Shown in pieces: positions 52,501-64,000 of a stretch of 64,000 nucleotides of DNA; positions within the stretch are counted from its first letter, which is position 1; every line of letters begins with the position of its first letter. Where the stretch lies: contig CBFFSA010000001.1 in the NCBI GenBank assembly GCA_965644495.1, positions 4,030,001 to 4,094,000 on the forward strand. The letters run 5' to 3'. A model generated the notes under the pieces. It saw nothing but the letters and a program-made list of their open reading frames with translations, did no database searches and was not told the origin of the DNA. The position numbers and the translations under genes are program-made. This stretch comes from Perkinsela sp. CCAP 1560/9 (taxonomy: Eukaryota > Protista > Euglenozoa: Kinetoplastea).

Positions 52501-55500
52501 AATATCGAGTGTTTCGTAAATATCGAGTTTTTCTGTAAAGATCGTGTGTTTTGTAAAGATCGAGTTTTTTGTAAAGATCGAGTTTTTAGCAATGATCGAG
52601 TTTTTTGTAAAGATCGAGTGTTTTATAAAGATCGAGTTTTTAGCAAAGATCGAGTTTTTTGTAAAGATCGAGTTTTTTGTAAAGATCGAGTTTTTTGTAA
52701 AGATCGAGTTTTTTTAGCAAAGATCGAGTGTTTTGTAAAGATCGAGTGTTTTGTAAAGATCGAGTTTTTTGTCAGGATCCAGTTTTATGTAAAGATCGAA
52801 TCTTTTGTAAATGTCGAGTGTTTCGTAAATATCGAGTTTTTTGTAAAGATCGAGTGTTTTGTAAAGATCGAGTGTTTTGTAAAGATCGAGTGTTTTGTAA
52901 AGATCGAGTTTTTTGTAAAGATCGAATCTTTTGTAAATATCGAGTGTTTCGTAAATATCGAGTTTTTTGTAAAGATCGAGTGTTTTGTAAAGATCGAGTT
53001 TTTTGTAAAGATCGAGTTTTTTTTTGAAGATCGAGTTTTTTGTAAAGATCGAATCTTTTGTAAATATCGAGTGTTTCGTAAATATCGAGTTTTTTGTAAA
53101 GATCGAGTGTTTTGTAAAGATCCAGTTTTATGTAAAGATCGAGTTTTTTGTAAAGATCGAGTGTTTTGTAAAGATCGAGTTTTTAGTAAAGATCGAGTTT
53201 TTTGTAAAGATCGAGTTTTATATAAAGATCGAATTTTTAGTAAAGATCGAGTTTTTAGCAAAGATCGAGTTTTTAGCAAAGATCGAGTTTTTTGTAAAGA
53301 TCGAGTGTTTTGTAAAGATCGAGTGTTTCGTAAATATCGAGTTTTTCGTAAAGATCGAGTTTTTAGCAATGATCGAGTTTTTTGTAAAGATCGAGTTTTT
53401 TGTAAAGATCGAGTGTTTTGTAAATATCGAGTTTTTTGTAAAGATCGAGTTTTTTGTAGAGATCGAGTTTTTTGTAAAGATCCAGTTTTTAGCAAAGAAC
53501 GAGTGTTTTGTAAAGATCGAGTGTTTCGTAAATATCGAGTTTTTCGTAAAGATCGAGTTTTTAGCAATGATCGAGTTTTTTGTAAAGATCGAGTTTTTTG
53601 TAAAGATCGAGTGTTTTGTAAATATCGAGTTTTTTGTAAAGATCGAGTTTTTAGCAATGATCGAGTTTTTTGTAAAGATCGAGTGTTTTGTAAAGATCGA
53701 ATCTTTTGTAAATATCGAGTGTTTCGTAAATATCGAGTTTTTTGTAAAGATCGAGTGTTTTGTAAAGATCGAGTTTTTTGTAAAGATCGAGTTTTTTTAG
53801 CAAAGATCGAGTGTTTTGTAAAGATCGAGTGTTTCGTAAATATCGAGTTTTTCGTAAAGATCGAGTGTTTTGTAAAGATCGAGTTTTTTTAGCAAAGATC
53901 GAGTGTTTTGTAAAGATCGAGTGTTTTGTAAAGATCGAGTTTTTTGTCAGGATCCAGTTTTATGTAAAGATCGAATCTTTTGTAAATGTCGAGTGTTTCG
54001 TAAATATCGAGTTTTTTGTAAAGATCGAGTGTTTTGTAAAGATCGAGTGTTTTGTAAAGATCGAGTGTTTTGTAAAGATCGAGTGTTTCGTAAATATCGA
54101 GTTTTTTGTAAAGATCGAGTTTTTAGCAATGATCGAGTTTTTTGTAAAGATCGAGTTTTTTGTAAAGATCGAGTGTTTTGTAAATATCGAGTTTTTTGTA
54201 AAGATCGAGTTTTTAGCAATGATCGAGTTTTTTGTAAAGATCGAGTGTTTTGTAAAGATCGAGTGTTTTGTAAAGATCGAGTTTTTTGTAAAGATCGAAT
54301 CTTTTGTAAATATCGAGTGTTTCGTAAATATCGAGTTTTTTGTAAAGATCGAGTGTTTTGTAAAGATCGAGTTTTTTGTAAAGATCGAGTTTTTTTTTGA
54401 AGATCGAGTTTTTTGTAAAGATCGAATCTTTTGTAAATATCGAGTGTTTCGTAAATATCGAGTTTTTTGTAAAGATCGAGTGTTTTGTAAAGATCCAGTT
54501 TTATGTAAAGATCGAGTTTTTTGTAAAGATCGAGTGTTTTGTAAAGATCGAGTTTTTAGTAAAGATCGAGTTTTTTGTAAAGATCGAGTTTTATATAAAG
54601 ATCGAATTTTTAGTAAAGATCGAGTTTTTAGCAAAGATCGAGTTTTTAGCAAAGATCGAGTTTTTTGTAAAGATCGAGTGTTTTGTAAAGATCGAGTGTT
54701 TCGTAAATATCGAGTTTTTCGTAAAGATCGAGTTTTTAGCAATGATCGAGTTTTTTGTAAAGATCGAGTTTTTTGTAAAGATCGAGTGTTTTGTAAATAT
54801 CGAGTTTTTTGTAAAGATCGAGTTTTTTGTAGAGATCGAGTTTTTTGTAAAGATCCAGTTTTTAGCAAAGAACGAGTGTTTTGTAAAGATCGAGTGTTTC
54901 GTAAATATCGAGTTTTTCGTAAAGATCGAGTTTTTAGCAATGATCGAGTTTTTTGTAAAGATCGAGTTTTTTGTAAAGATCGAGTGTTTTGTAAATATCG
55001 AGTTTTTTGTAAAGATCGAGTTTTTAGCAATGATCGAGTTTTTTGTAAAGATCGAGTGTTTTGTAAAGATCGAATCTTTTGTAAATATCGAGTGTTTCGT
55101 AAATATCGAGTTTTTTGTAAAGATCGAGTGTTTTGTAAAGATCGAGTTTTTTGTAAAGATCGAGTTTTTTTAGCAAAGATCGAGTGTTTTGTAAAGATCG
55201 AGTGTTTCGTAAATATCGAGTTTTTCGTAAAGATCGAGTGTTTTGTAAAGATCGAGTTTTTTTAGCAAAGATCGAGTGTTTTGTAAAGATCGAGTGTTTT
55301 GTAAAGATCGAGTTTTTTGTCAGGATCCAGTTTTATGTAAAGATCGAATCTTTTGTAAATGTCGAGTGTTTCGTAAATATCGAGTTTTTTGTAAAGATCG
55401 AGTGTTTTGTAAAGATCGAGTGTTTTGTAAAGATCGAGTGTTTTGTAAAGATCGAGTGTTTCGTAAATATCGAGTTTTTTGTAAAGATCGAGTTTTTAGC

Positions 55501-58500
55501 AATGATCGAGTTTTTTGTAAAGATCGAGTTTTTTGTAAAGATCGAGTGTTTTGTAAATATCGAGTTTTTTGTAAAGATCGAGTTTTTAGCAATGATCGAG
55601 TTTTTTGTAAAGATCGAGTGTTTTGTAAAGATCGAGTGTTTTGTAAAGATCGAATCTTTTGTAAATATCGAGTGTTTCGTAAATATCGAGTTTTTTGTAA
55701 AGATCGAGTGTTTTGTAAAGATCGAGTTTTTTGTAAAGATCGAGTTTTTTTAGCAAAGATCGAGTGTTTTGTAAAGATCGAGTGTTTTGTAAAGATCGAG
55801 TGTTTTGTAAAGATCGAGTGTTTTGTAAAGATCGAGTGTTTCGTAAATATCGAGTTTTTTGTAAAGATCGAGTTTTTAGCAATGATCGAGTTTTTTGTAA
55901 AGATCGAGTTTTCTGTAAAGATCGTGTGTTTTGTAAAGATCGAGTTTTTTGTAAAGATCGAGTTTTTAGCAATGATCGAGTTTTTTGTAAAGATCGAGTT
56001 TTTTGTAAAGATCGAGTGTTTTGTAAATATCGAGTTTTTTGTAAAGATCGAGTTTTTTGTAGAGATCGAGTTTTTTGTAAAGATCCAGTTTTTAGCAAAG
56101 AACGAGTGTTTTGTAAAGATCGAGTGTTTCGTAAATATCGAGTTTTTCGTAAAGATCGAGTTTTTAGCAATGATCGAGTTTTTTGTAAAGATCGAGTTTT
56201 TTGTAAAGATCGAGTGTTTTGTAAATATCGAGTTTTTTGTAAAGATCGAGTTTTTAGCAATGATCGAGTTTTTTGTAAAGATCGAGTGTTTTGTAAAGAT
56301 CGAATCTTTTGTAAATATCGAGTGTTTCGTAAATATCGAGTTTTTTGTAAAGATCGAGTGTTTTGTAAAGATCGAGTTTTTTGTAAAGATCGAGTTTTTT
56401 TAGCAAAGATCGAGTGTTTTGTAAAGATCGAGTGTTTTGTAAAGATCGAGTGTTTTGTAAAGATCGAGTGTTTTGTAAAGATCGAGTGTTTCGTAAATAT
56501 CGAGTTTTTTGTAAAGATCGAGTTTTTAGCAATGATCGAGTTTTTTGTAAAGATCGAGTTTTTTGTAAAGATCGAGTGTTTTGTAAATATCGAGTTTTTT
56601 GTAAAGATCGAGTTTTTAGCAATGATCGAGTTTTTTGTAAAGATCGAGTGTTTTGTAAAGATCGAGTGTTTTGTAAAGATCGAGTTTTTTGTAAAGATCG
56701 AGTTTTTAGCAATGATCGAGTTTTTTGTAAAGATCGAGTGTTTTATAAAGATCGAGTTTTTAGCAAAGATCGAGTTTTTTGTAAAGATCGAGTTTTTTGT
56801 AAAGATCGAGTTTTTTGTAAAGATCGAGTTTTTTTAGCAAAGATCGAGTGTTTTGTAAAGATCGAGTGTTTTGTAAAGATCGAGTTTTTTGTCAGGATCC
56901 AGTTTTATGTAAAGATCGAATCTTTTGTAAATGTCGAGTGTTTCGTAAATATCGAGTTTTTTGTAAAGATCGAGTGTTTTGTAAAGATCGAGTGTTTTGT
57001 AAAGATCGAGTGTTTTGTAAAGATCGAGTTTTTTGTAAAGATCGAATCTTTTGTAAATATCGAGTGTTTCGTAAATATCGAGTTTTTTGTAAAGATCGAG
57101 TGTTTTGTAAAGATCGAGTTTTTTGTAAAGATCGAGTTTTTTTTTGAAGATCGAGTTTTTTGTAAAGATCGAATCTTTTGTAAATATCGAGTGTTTCGTA
57201 AATATCGAGTTTTTTGTAAAGATCGAGTGTTTTGTAAAGATCCAGTTTTATGTAAAGATCGAGTTTTTTGTAAAGATCGAGTGTTTTGTAAAGATCGAGT
57301 TTTTAGTAAAGATCGAGTTTTTTGTAAAGATCGAGTTTTATATAAAGATCGAATTTTTAGTAAAGATCGAGTTTTTAGCAAAGATCGAGTTTTTAGCAAA
57401 GATCGAGTTTTTTGTAAAGATCGAGTGTTTTGTAAAGATCGAGTGTTTCGTAAATATCGAGTTTTTCGTAAAGATCGAGTTTTTAGCAATGATCGAGTTT
57501 TTTGTAAAGATCGAGTTTTTTGTAAAGATCGAGTGTTTTGTAAATATCGAGTTTTTTGTAAAGATCGAGTTTTTTGTAGAGATCGAGTTTTTTGTAAAGA
57601 TCCAGTTTTTAGCAAAGAACGAGTGTTTTGTAAAGATTGAGTGTTTCGTAAATATCGAGTTTTTCGTAAAGATCGAGTTTTTAGCAATGATCGAGTTTTT
57701 TGTAAAGATCGAGTTTTTTGTAAAGATCGAGTGTTTTGTAAATATCGAGTTTTTTGTAAAGATCGAGTTTTTAGCAATGATCGAGTTTTTTGTAAAGATC
57801 GAGTGTTTTGTAAAGATCGAATCTTTTGTAAATATCGAGTGTTTCGTAAATATCGAGTTTTTTGTAAAGATCGAGTGTTTTGTAAAGATCGAGTTTTTTG
57901 TAAAGATCGAGTTTTTTTAGCAAAGATCGAGTGTTTTGTAAAGATCGAGTGTTTCGTAAATATCGAGTTTTTCGTAAAGATCGAGTGTTTTGTAAAGATC
58001 GAGTTTTTTTAGCAAAGATCGAGTGTTTTGTAAAGATCGAGTGTTTTGTAAAGATCGAGTTTTTTGTCAGGATCCAGTTTTATGTAAAGATCGAATCTTT
58101 TGTAAATGTCGAGTGTTTCGTAAATATCGAGTTTTTTGTAAAGATCGAGTGTTTTGTAAAGATCGAGTGTTTTGTAAAGATCGAGTGTTTTGTAAAGATC
58201 GAGTGTTTCGTAAATATCGAGTTTTTTGTAAAGATCGAGTTTTTAGCAATGATCGAGTTTTTTGTAAAGATCGAGTTTTTTGTAAAGATCGAGTGTTTTG
58301 TAAATATCGAGTTTTTTGTAAAGATCGAGTTTTTAGCAATGATCGAGTTTTTTGTAAAGATCGAGTGTTTTGTAAAGATCGAGTGTTTTGTAAAGATCGA
58401 ATCTTTTGTAAATATCGAGTGTTTCGTAAATATCGAGTTTTTCTGTAAAGATCGTGTGTTTTGTAAAGATCGAGTTTTTTGTAAAGATCGAGTTTTTAGC

Positions 58501-61500
58501 AATGATCGAGTTTTTTGTAAAGATCGAGTTTTTTGTAAAGATCGAGTGTTTTGTAAATATCGAGTTTTTTGTAAAGATCGAGTTTTTTGTAGAGATCGAG
58601 TTTTTTGTAAAGATCCAGTTTTTAGCAAAGAACGAGTGTTTTGTAAAGATCGAGTGTTTCGTAAATATCGAGTTTTTCGTAAAGATCGAGTTTTTAGCAA
58701 TGATCGAGTTTTTTGTAAAGATCGAGTTTTTTGTAAAGATCGAGTGTTTTGTAAATATCGAGTTTTTTGTAAAGATCGAGTTTTTAGCAATGATCGAGTT
58801 TTTTGTAAAGATCGAGTGTTTTGTAAAGATCGAATCTTTTGTAAATATCGAGTGTTTCGTAAATATCGAGTTTTTTGTAAAGATCGAGTGTTTTGTAAAG
58901 ATCGAGTTTTTTGTAAAGATCGAGTTTTTTTAGCAAAGATCGAGTGTTTTGTAAAGATCGAGTGTTTCGTAAATATCGAGTTTTTCGTAAAGATCGAGTG
59001 TTTTGTAAAGATCGAGTTTTTTTAGCAAAGATCGAGTGTTTTGTAAAGATCGAGTGTTTTGTAAAGATCGAGTTTTTTGTCAGGATCCAGTTTTATGTAA
59101 AGATCGAATCTTTTGTAAATGTCGAGTGTTTCGTAAATATCGAGTTTTTTGTAAAGATCGAGTGTTTTGTAAAGATCGAGTGTTTTGTAAAGATCGAGTG
59201 TTTTGTAAAGATCGAGTGTTTCGTAAATATCGAGTTTTTTGTAAAGATCGAGTTTTTAGCAATGATCGAGTTTTTTGTAAAGATCGAGTTTTTTGTAAAG
59301 ATCGAGTGTTTTGTAAATATCGAGTTTTTTGTAAAGATCGAGTTTTTAGCAATGATCGAGTTTTTTGTAAAGATCGAGTGTTTTGTAAAGATCGAGTGTT
59401 TTGTAAAGATCGAGTTTTTAGCAATGATCGAGTTTTTTGTAAAGATCGAGTGTTTTATAAAGATCGAGTTTTTAGCAAAGATCGAGTTTTTTGTAAAGAT
59501 CGAGTTTTTTGTAAAGATCGAGTTTTTTGTAAAGATCGAGTTTTTTTAGCAAAGATCGAGTGTTTTGTAAAGATCGAGTGTTTTGTAAAGATCGAGTTTT
59601 TTGTCAGGATCCAGTTTTATGTAAAGATCGAATCTTTTGTAAATGTCGAGTGTTTCGTAAATATCGAGTTTTTTGTAAAGATCGAGTGTTTTGTAAAGAT
59701 CGAGTGTTTTGTAAAGATCGAGTGTTTTGTAAAGATCGAGTGTTTCGTAAATATCGAGTTTTTTGTAAAGATCGAGTGTTTTGTAAAGATCGAGTTTTTT
59801 GTAAAGATCGAGTTTTTTTTTGAAGATCGAGTTTTTTGTAAAGATCGAGTTTTTTGTAAAGATCGAATCTTTTGTAAATATCGAGTGTTTCGTAAATATC
59901 GAGTTTTTTGTAAAGATCGAGTGTTTTGTAAAGATCGAGTTTTTTGTAAAGATCGAGTTTTTTTTTGAAGATCGAGTTTTTTGTAAAGATCGAGTTTTTT
60001 GTAAAGATCGAATCTTTTGTAAATATCGAGTGTTTCGTAAATATCGAGTTTTATGTAAAGATCGAGTTTTTTGTAAAGATCGAGTGTTTTGTAAAGATCG
60101 AGTTTTTAGTAAAGATCGAGTTTTTTGTAAAGATCGAGTTTTATGTAAAGATCGAATTTTTAGTAAAGATCGAGTTTTTAGCAAAGATCGAGTTTTTAGC
60201 AAAGATCGAGTTTTTTGTAAAGATCGAGTGTTTTGTAAAGATCGAGTGTTTCGTAAATATCGAGTTTTTCGTAAAGATCGAGTTTTTTGTAGAGATCGAG
60301 TTTTTTGTAAAGATCGAGTTTTTTGTAAAGATCGAGTTTTTAGCAAAGATCGAGTTTTTTGTAAAGATCGAGTTTTTAGCAAAGATCGAGTTTTTTGTAA
60401 AGATCGAGTGTTTTATAAAGATCGAGTTTTTAGCAAGGATCGAGTTTTTTGTCAGGATCCAGTTTTATGTAAAGATCGAATCTTTTGTAAATGTCGAGTG
60501 TTTCGTAAATATCGAGTTTTTTGTAAAGATCGAGTGTTTTGTAAAGATCGAGTGTTTTGTAAAGATCGAGTGTTTTGTAAAGATCGAGTGTTTCGTAAAT
60601 ATCGAGTTTTTTGTAAAGATCGAGTGTTTTGTAAAGATCGAGCTTTTTGTAAAGATCGAGTTTTTTTTTGAAGATCGAGTTTTTTGTAAAGATCGAGTTT
60701 TTTGTAAAGATCGAATCTTTTGTAAAGATCGAGTGTTTCGTAAATATCGAGTTTTTTGTAAAGATCGAGTGTTTTGTAAAGATCGAGTTTTTTGTAAAGA
60801 TCGAGTTTTTTGAAGATCGAGTTTTTTGTAAAGATCGAGTTTTTTGTAAAGATCGAATCTTTTGTAAATATCGAGTGTTTCGTAAATATCGAGTTTTTTG
60901 TAAAGATCGAGTGTTTTGTAAAGATCCAGTTTTATGTAAAGATCGAGTTTTTTGTAAAGATCGAGTGTTTTGTAAAGATCGAGTTTTTAGTAAAGATCGA
61001 GTTTTTTGTAAAGATCGAGTTTTATGTAAAGATCGAATTTTTAGTAAAGATCGAGTTTTTAGCAAAGATCGAGTTTCTTGTAAAGATCGAGTGTTTTGTA
61101 AAGATCCAGTGTTTCGTAAATATCGAGTTTTTCGTAAAGATCGAGTTTTTTGTAAAGATCCAGTTTTTAGCAAAGAACGAGTGTTTTGTAAAGATCGAGT
61201 GTTTCGTAAATATCGAGTTTTTCGTAAAGATCGAGTTTTTAGCAATGATCGAGTTTTTTGTAAAGATCGAGTTTTTTGTAAAGATCGAGTGTTTTGTAAA
61301 TATCGAGTTTTTTGTAAAGATCGAGTTTTTAGCAATGATCGAGTTTTTTGTAAAGATCGAGTGTTTTGTAAAGATCGAATCTTTTGTAAATATCGAGTGT
61401 TTCGTAAATATCGAGTTTTTTGTAAAGATCGAGTGTTTTGTAAAGATCGAGTTTTTTGTAAAGATCGAGTTTTTTTAGCAAAGATCGAGTGTTTTGTAAA

Positions 61501-64000
61501 GATCGAGTGTTTCGTAAATATCGAGTTTTTCGTAAAGATCGAGTGTTTTGTAAAGATCGAGTTTTTTGTAAAGATCGAGTTTTTAGCAATGATCGAGTTT
61601 TTTGTAAAGATCGAGTTTTTTGTAAAGATCGAGTGTTTTGTAAATATCGAGTTTTTTGTAAAGATCGAGTTTTTAGCAATGATCGAGTTTTTTGTAAAGA
61701 TCGAGTGTTTTGTAAAGATCGAGTGTTTTGTAAAGATCGAATCTTTTGTAAATATCGAGTGTTTCGTAAATATCGAGTTTTTTGTAAAGATCGTGTGTTT
61801 TGTAAAGATCGAGTGTTTTATAAAGATCGAGTTTTTAGCAAAGATCGAGTTTTTTGTAAAGATCGAGTTTTTTGTAAAGATCGAGTTTTTTGTAAAGATC
61901 GAGTTTTTTTAGCAAAGATCGAGTGTTTTGTAAAGATCGAGTGTTTCGTAAATATCGAGTTTTTTGTAAAGAGCGAGTGTTTTGTAAAGATCGAGTTTTT
62001 AGCAATGATCGAGTTTTTTGTAAAGATCGAGTGTTTTATAAAGATCGAGTTTTTAGCAAAGATCGAGTTTTTTGTAAAGATCGAGTTTTTAGTAAAGATC
62101 GAGTTTTTTGTAAAGATCGAGTTTTTTTAGCAAAGATCGAGTGTTTTGTAAAGATCGAGTGTTTCGTAAATATCGAGTTTTTCGTAAAGATCGAGTGTTT
62201 TGTAAAGATCGAGTTTTTTGTAAAGATCGAGTTTTTAGCAATGATCGAGTTTTTTGTAAAGATCGAGTTTTTTGTAAAGATCGAGTGTTTTGTAAATATC
62301 GAGTTTTTTGTAAAGATCGAGTTTTTAGCAATGATCGAGTTTTTTGTAAAGATCGAGTGTTTTGTAAAGATCGAGTGTTTTGTAAAGATCGAATCTTTTG
62401 TAAATATCGAGTGTTTCGTAAATATTGAGTTTTTTGTAAAGATCGTGTGTTTTGTAAAGATCGAGTTTTTTGTAAAGATCGAGTTTTTAGCAATGATCGA
62501 GTTTTTTGTAAAGATCGAGTGTTTTATAAAGATCGAGTTTTTAGCAAAGATCGAGTTTTTTGTAAAGATCGAGTTTTTTGTAAAGATCGAGTTTTTTTAG
62601 CAAAGATCGAGTGTTTTGTAAAGATCGAGTGTTTCGTAAATATCGAGTTTTTCGTAAAGATCGAGTGTTTTGTAAAGATCGAGTTTTTTGTAAAGATCGA
62701 GTTTTTAGCAATGATCGAGTTTTTTGTAAAGATCGAGTGTTTTGTAAAGATCGAGTGTTTTGTAAAGATCGAATCTTTTGTAAATATCGAGTGTTTCGTA
62801 AATATCGAGTTTTTTGTAAAGATCGAGTGTTTTGTAAAGATCGAGTTTTTTGTAAAGATCGAGTTTTTAGCAATGATCGAGTTTTTCGTAAAGATCGAGT
62901 GTTTTGTAAAGATCGAGTTTTTTGTAAAGATCGAGTTTTTAGCAAAGATCGAGTTTTTTGTAAAGATCGAGTTTTTTGTAAAGATCGAGTTTTTTGTAAA
63001 GATCGAGTGTTTTGTAAAGATCGAGTTTTTGGCAAAGATCGAGTTTTTTGTAAAGATCGAGTTTTTCGTAAAGATCGTGTTTTTTGTAAAGATCGAGGTT
63101 TTTGTAAAGATCGAGTATTTTGTAAAGATCGAGTTTTTTGTAGAGATCGAGTTTTTTGTAAAGATCGAGTGTTTTGTAAAGATCGAGTTTTTTGTAAAGA
63201 TCGAGTGTTTTGTAAAGATCGAATCTTTTGTAAATATCGAGTTTTTTGTGAAGATCGAGGTTTTTGTAAAGATCGAGTTTTTTGTAAAGATCGAGTTTTT
63301 TGTAAAGATCTAGTTTTTAGCAAAGATCGAGTTTTTTGTAAAGATCGAGTTTTTTGTAAAGATCGGGTTTTTTGTAAAGATCGAGTGTTTTGTAAAGATC
63401 GAGTTTTTAGTAAAGATCGAGTTTTTTGTAAAGATCGAGTTTTTTGTAAAGATCGAGGTTTTTGTAAAGATCCAGTTTTTTGTAAAGATCGAGTTTTTTG
63501 TAAAGATCGAGTGTTTTGTAAAGATCGAGTTTTTTGTAAAGATCGAGTTTTTTGTAAAGATCGAGTTTTTAGTAAAGATCGACCTTTTTGTAAAGATCGA
63601 GTTTTTTGTAAAGATCGAGTGTTTTGTAAAGATCGAGTTTTTAGTAAAGATCGAGTTTTTTGTAAAGATCTAGTTTTTAGCAAAGATCGAGTTTTTTGTA
63701 AAGATCGAGTTTTTTGTAAAGATCGGGTTTTTTGTAAAGATCGAGTGTTTTGTAAAGATCGAGTTTTTAGTAAAGATCGAGTTTTTTGTAAAGATCGAGT
63801 TTTTTGTAAAGATCGAGGTTTTTGTAAAGATCCAGTTTTTTGTAAAGATCGAGTTTTTTGTAAAGATCGAGTGTTTCGTAAATATCGAGTTTTTAGTAAA
63901 GATCGACCTTTTTGTAGAGATCGAGTTTTTTGTAAAGATCGAGTTTTTTGTAGAGATCGAGTTTTTTGTAAAGATCGTGTGTTTTGTAAAGATCGGGTTT
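34564..64000. repeat. 18-bp satellite array (consensus TTTTGTAAAGATCGAGTK), at least 29.4 kb, about 1,635 monomers
   Basis: Continuous head-to-tail monomers in one orientation with a limited set of variants (TAGCAAAG, CGTAAATAT, GAATCW, GATCCAG, GCAATG); runs off the window. Confidence 0.99.

Noticed and set aside
34635-63683. Dozens of long ORFs (CKDRVF, VKIEFF, LQKTRS, TKNSIF repeats, up to 994 aa)
   Set aside because: An 18-bp unit that lacks stops in several frames gives ORFs automatically. Frames swap freely at +/-1 T monomers, both strands are open, and there is no unique N- or C-terminal domain.
34564-64000. CRISPR-like array or Dam (GATC) site array
   Set aside because: There are no unique spacers and no cas genes, and the context is eukaryotic; GATC/TCGA is just part of the monomer.
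34564-64000. Telomeric repeat tract
   Set aside because: No TTAGGG-like G-rich unit; the many interspersed variants and kb-scale HORs are unlike telomerase products. A subtelomeric location is not excluded.

Overview
Eukaryotic nuclear DNA in two sharply different halves. 1-34.5 kb is a run of about 14 intron-free protein genes, all on the + strand, several with a pyrimidine tract and AG just upstream of the ATG. This fits a kinetoplastid-type polycistronic, trans-spliced unit; a Perkinsela/bodonid-like organism is my inference. It carries Clp1, Dim1/U5-15K, an eIF1A-domain protein, a PPR-like protein, three large hypothetical genes and seven LRR genes. Three of the LRR genes form a tandem, gene-converted array whose differences concentrate on the LRR beta-strand face. 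The intergenic DNA is dense in cut-and-paste transposon relics: a 5.1 kb Merlin (IS1595/IS1016-like) element with TIRs and an 8-bp TSD holding nested TA-flanked Tc1/pogo-type elements and MITEs, a second MITE stack at the same paralogous site, and hAT and Merlin transposase fragments. 34.56-64 kb is an uninterrupted 18-bp satellite (about 1,635 monomers, open at the window end) with higher-order structure and layered variants. It starts inside a dispersed repeat that also occurs, array-free, at about 0.5-0.8 kb, and it is a centromere candidate. Several genes show a symmetric C-rich to G-rich strand-skew switch that also shapes their protein composition.
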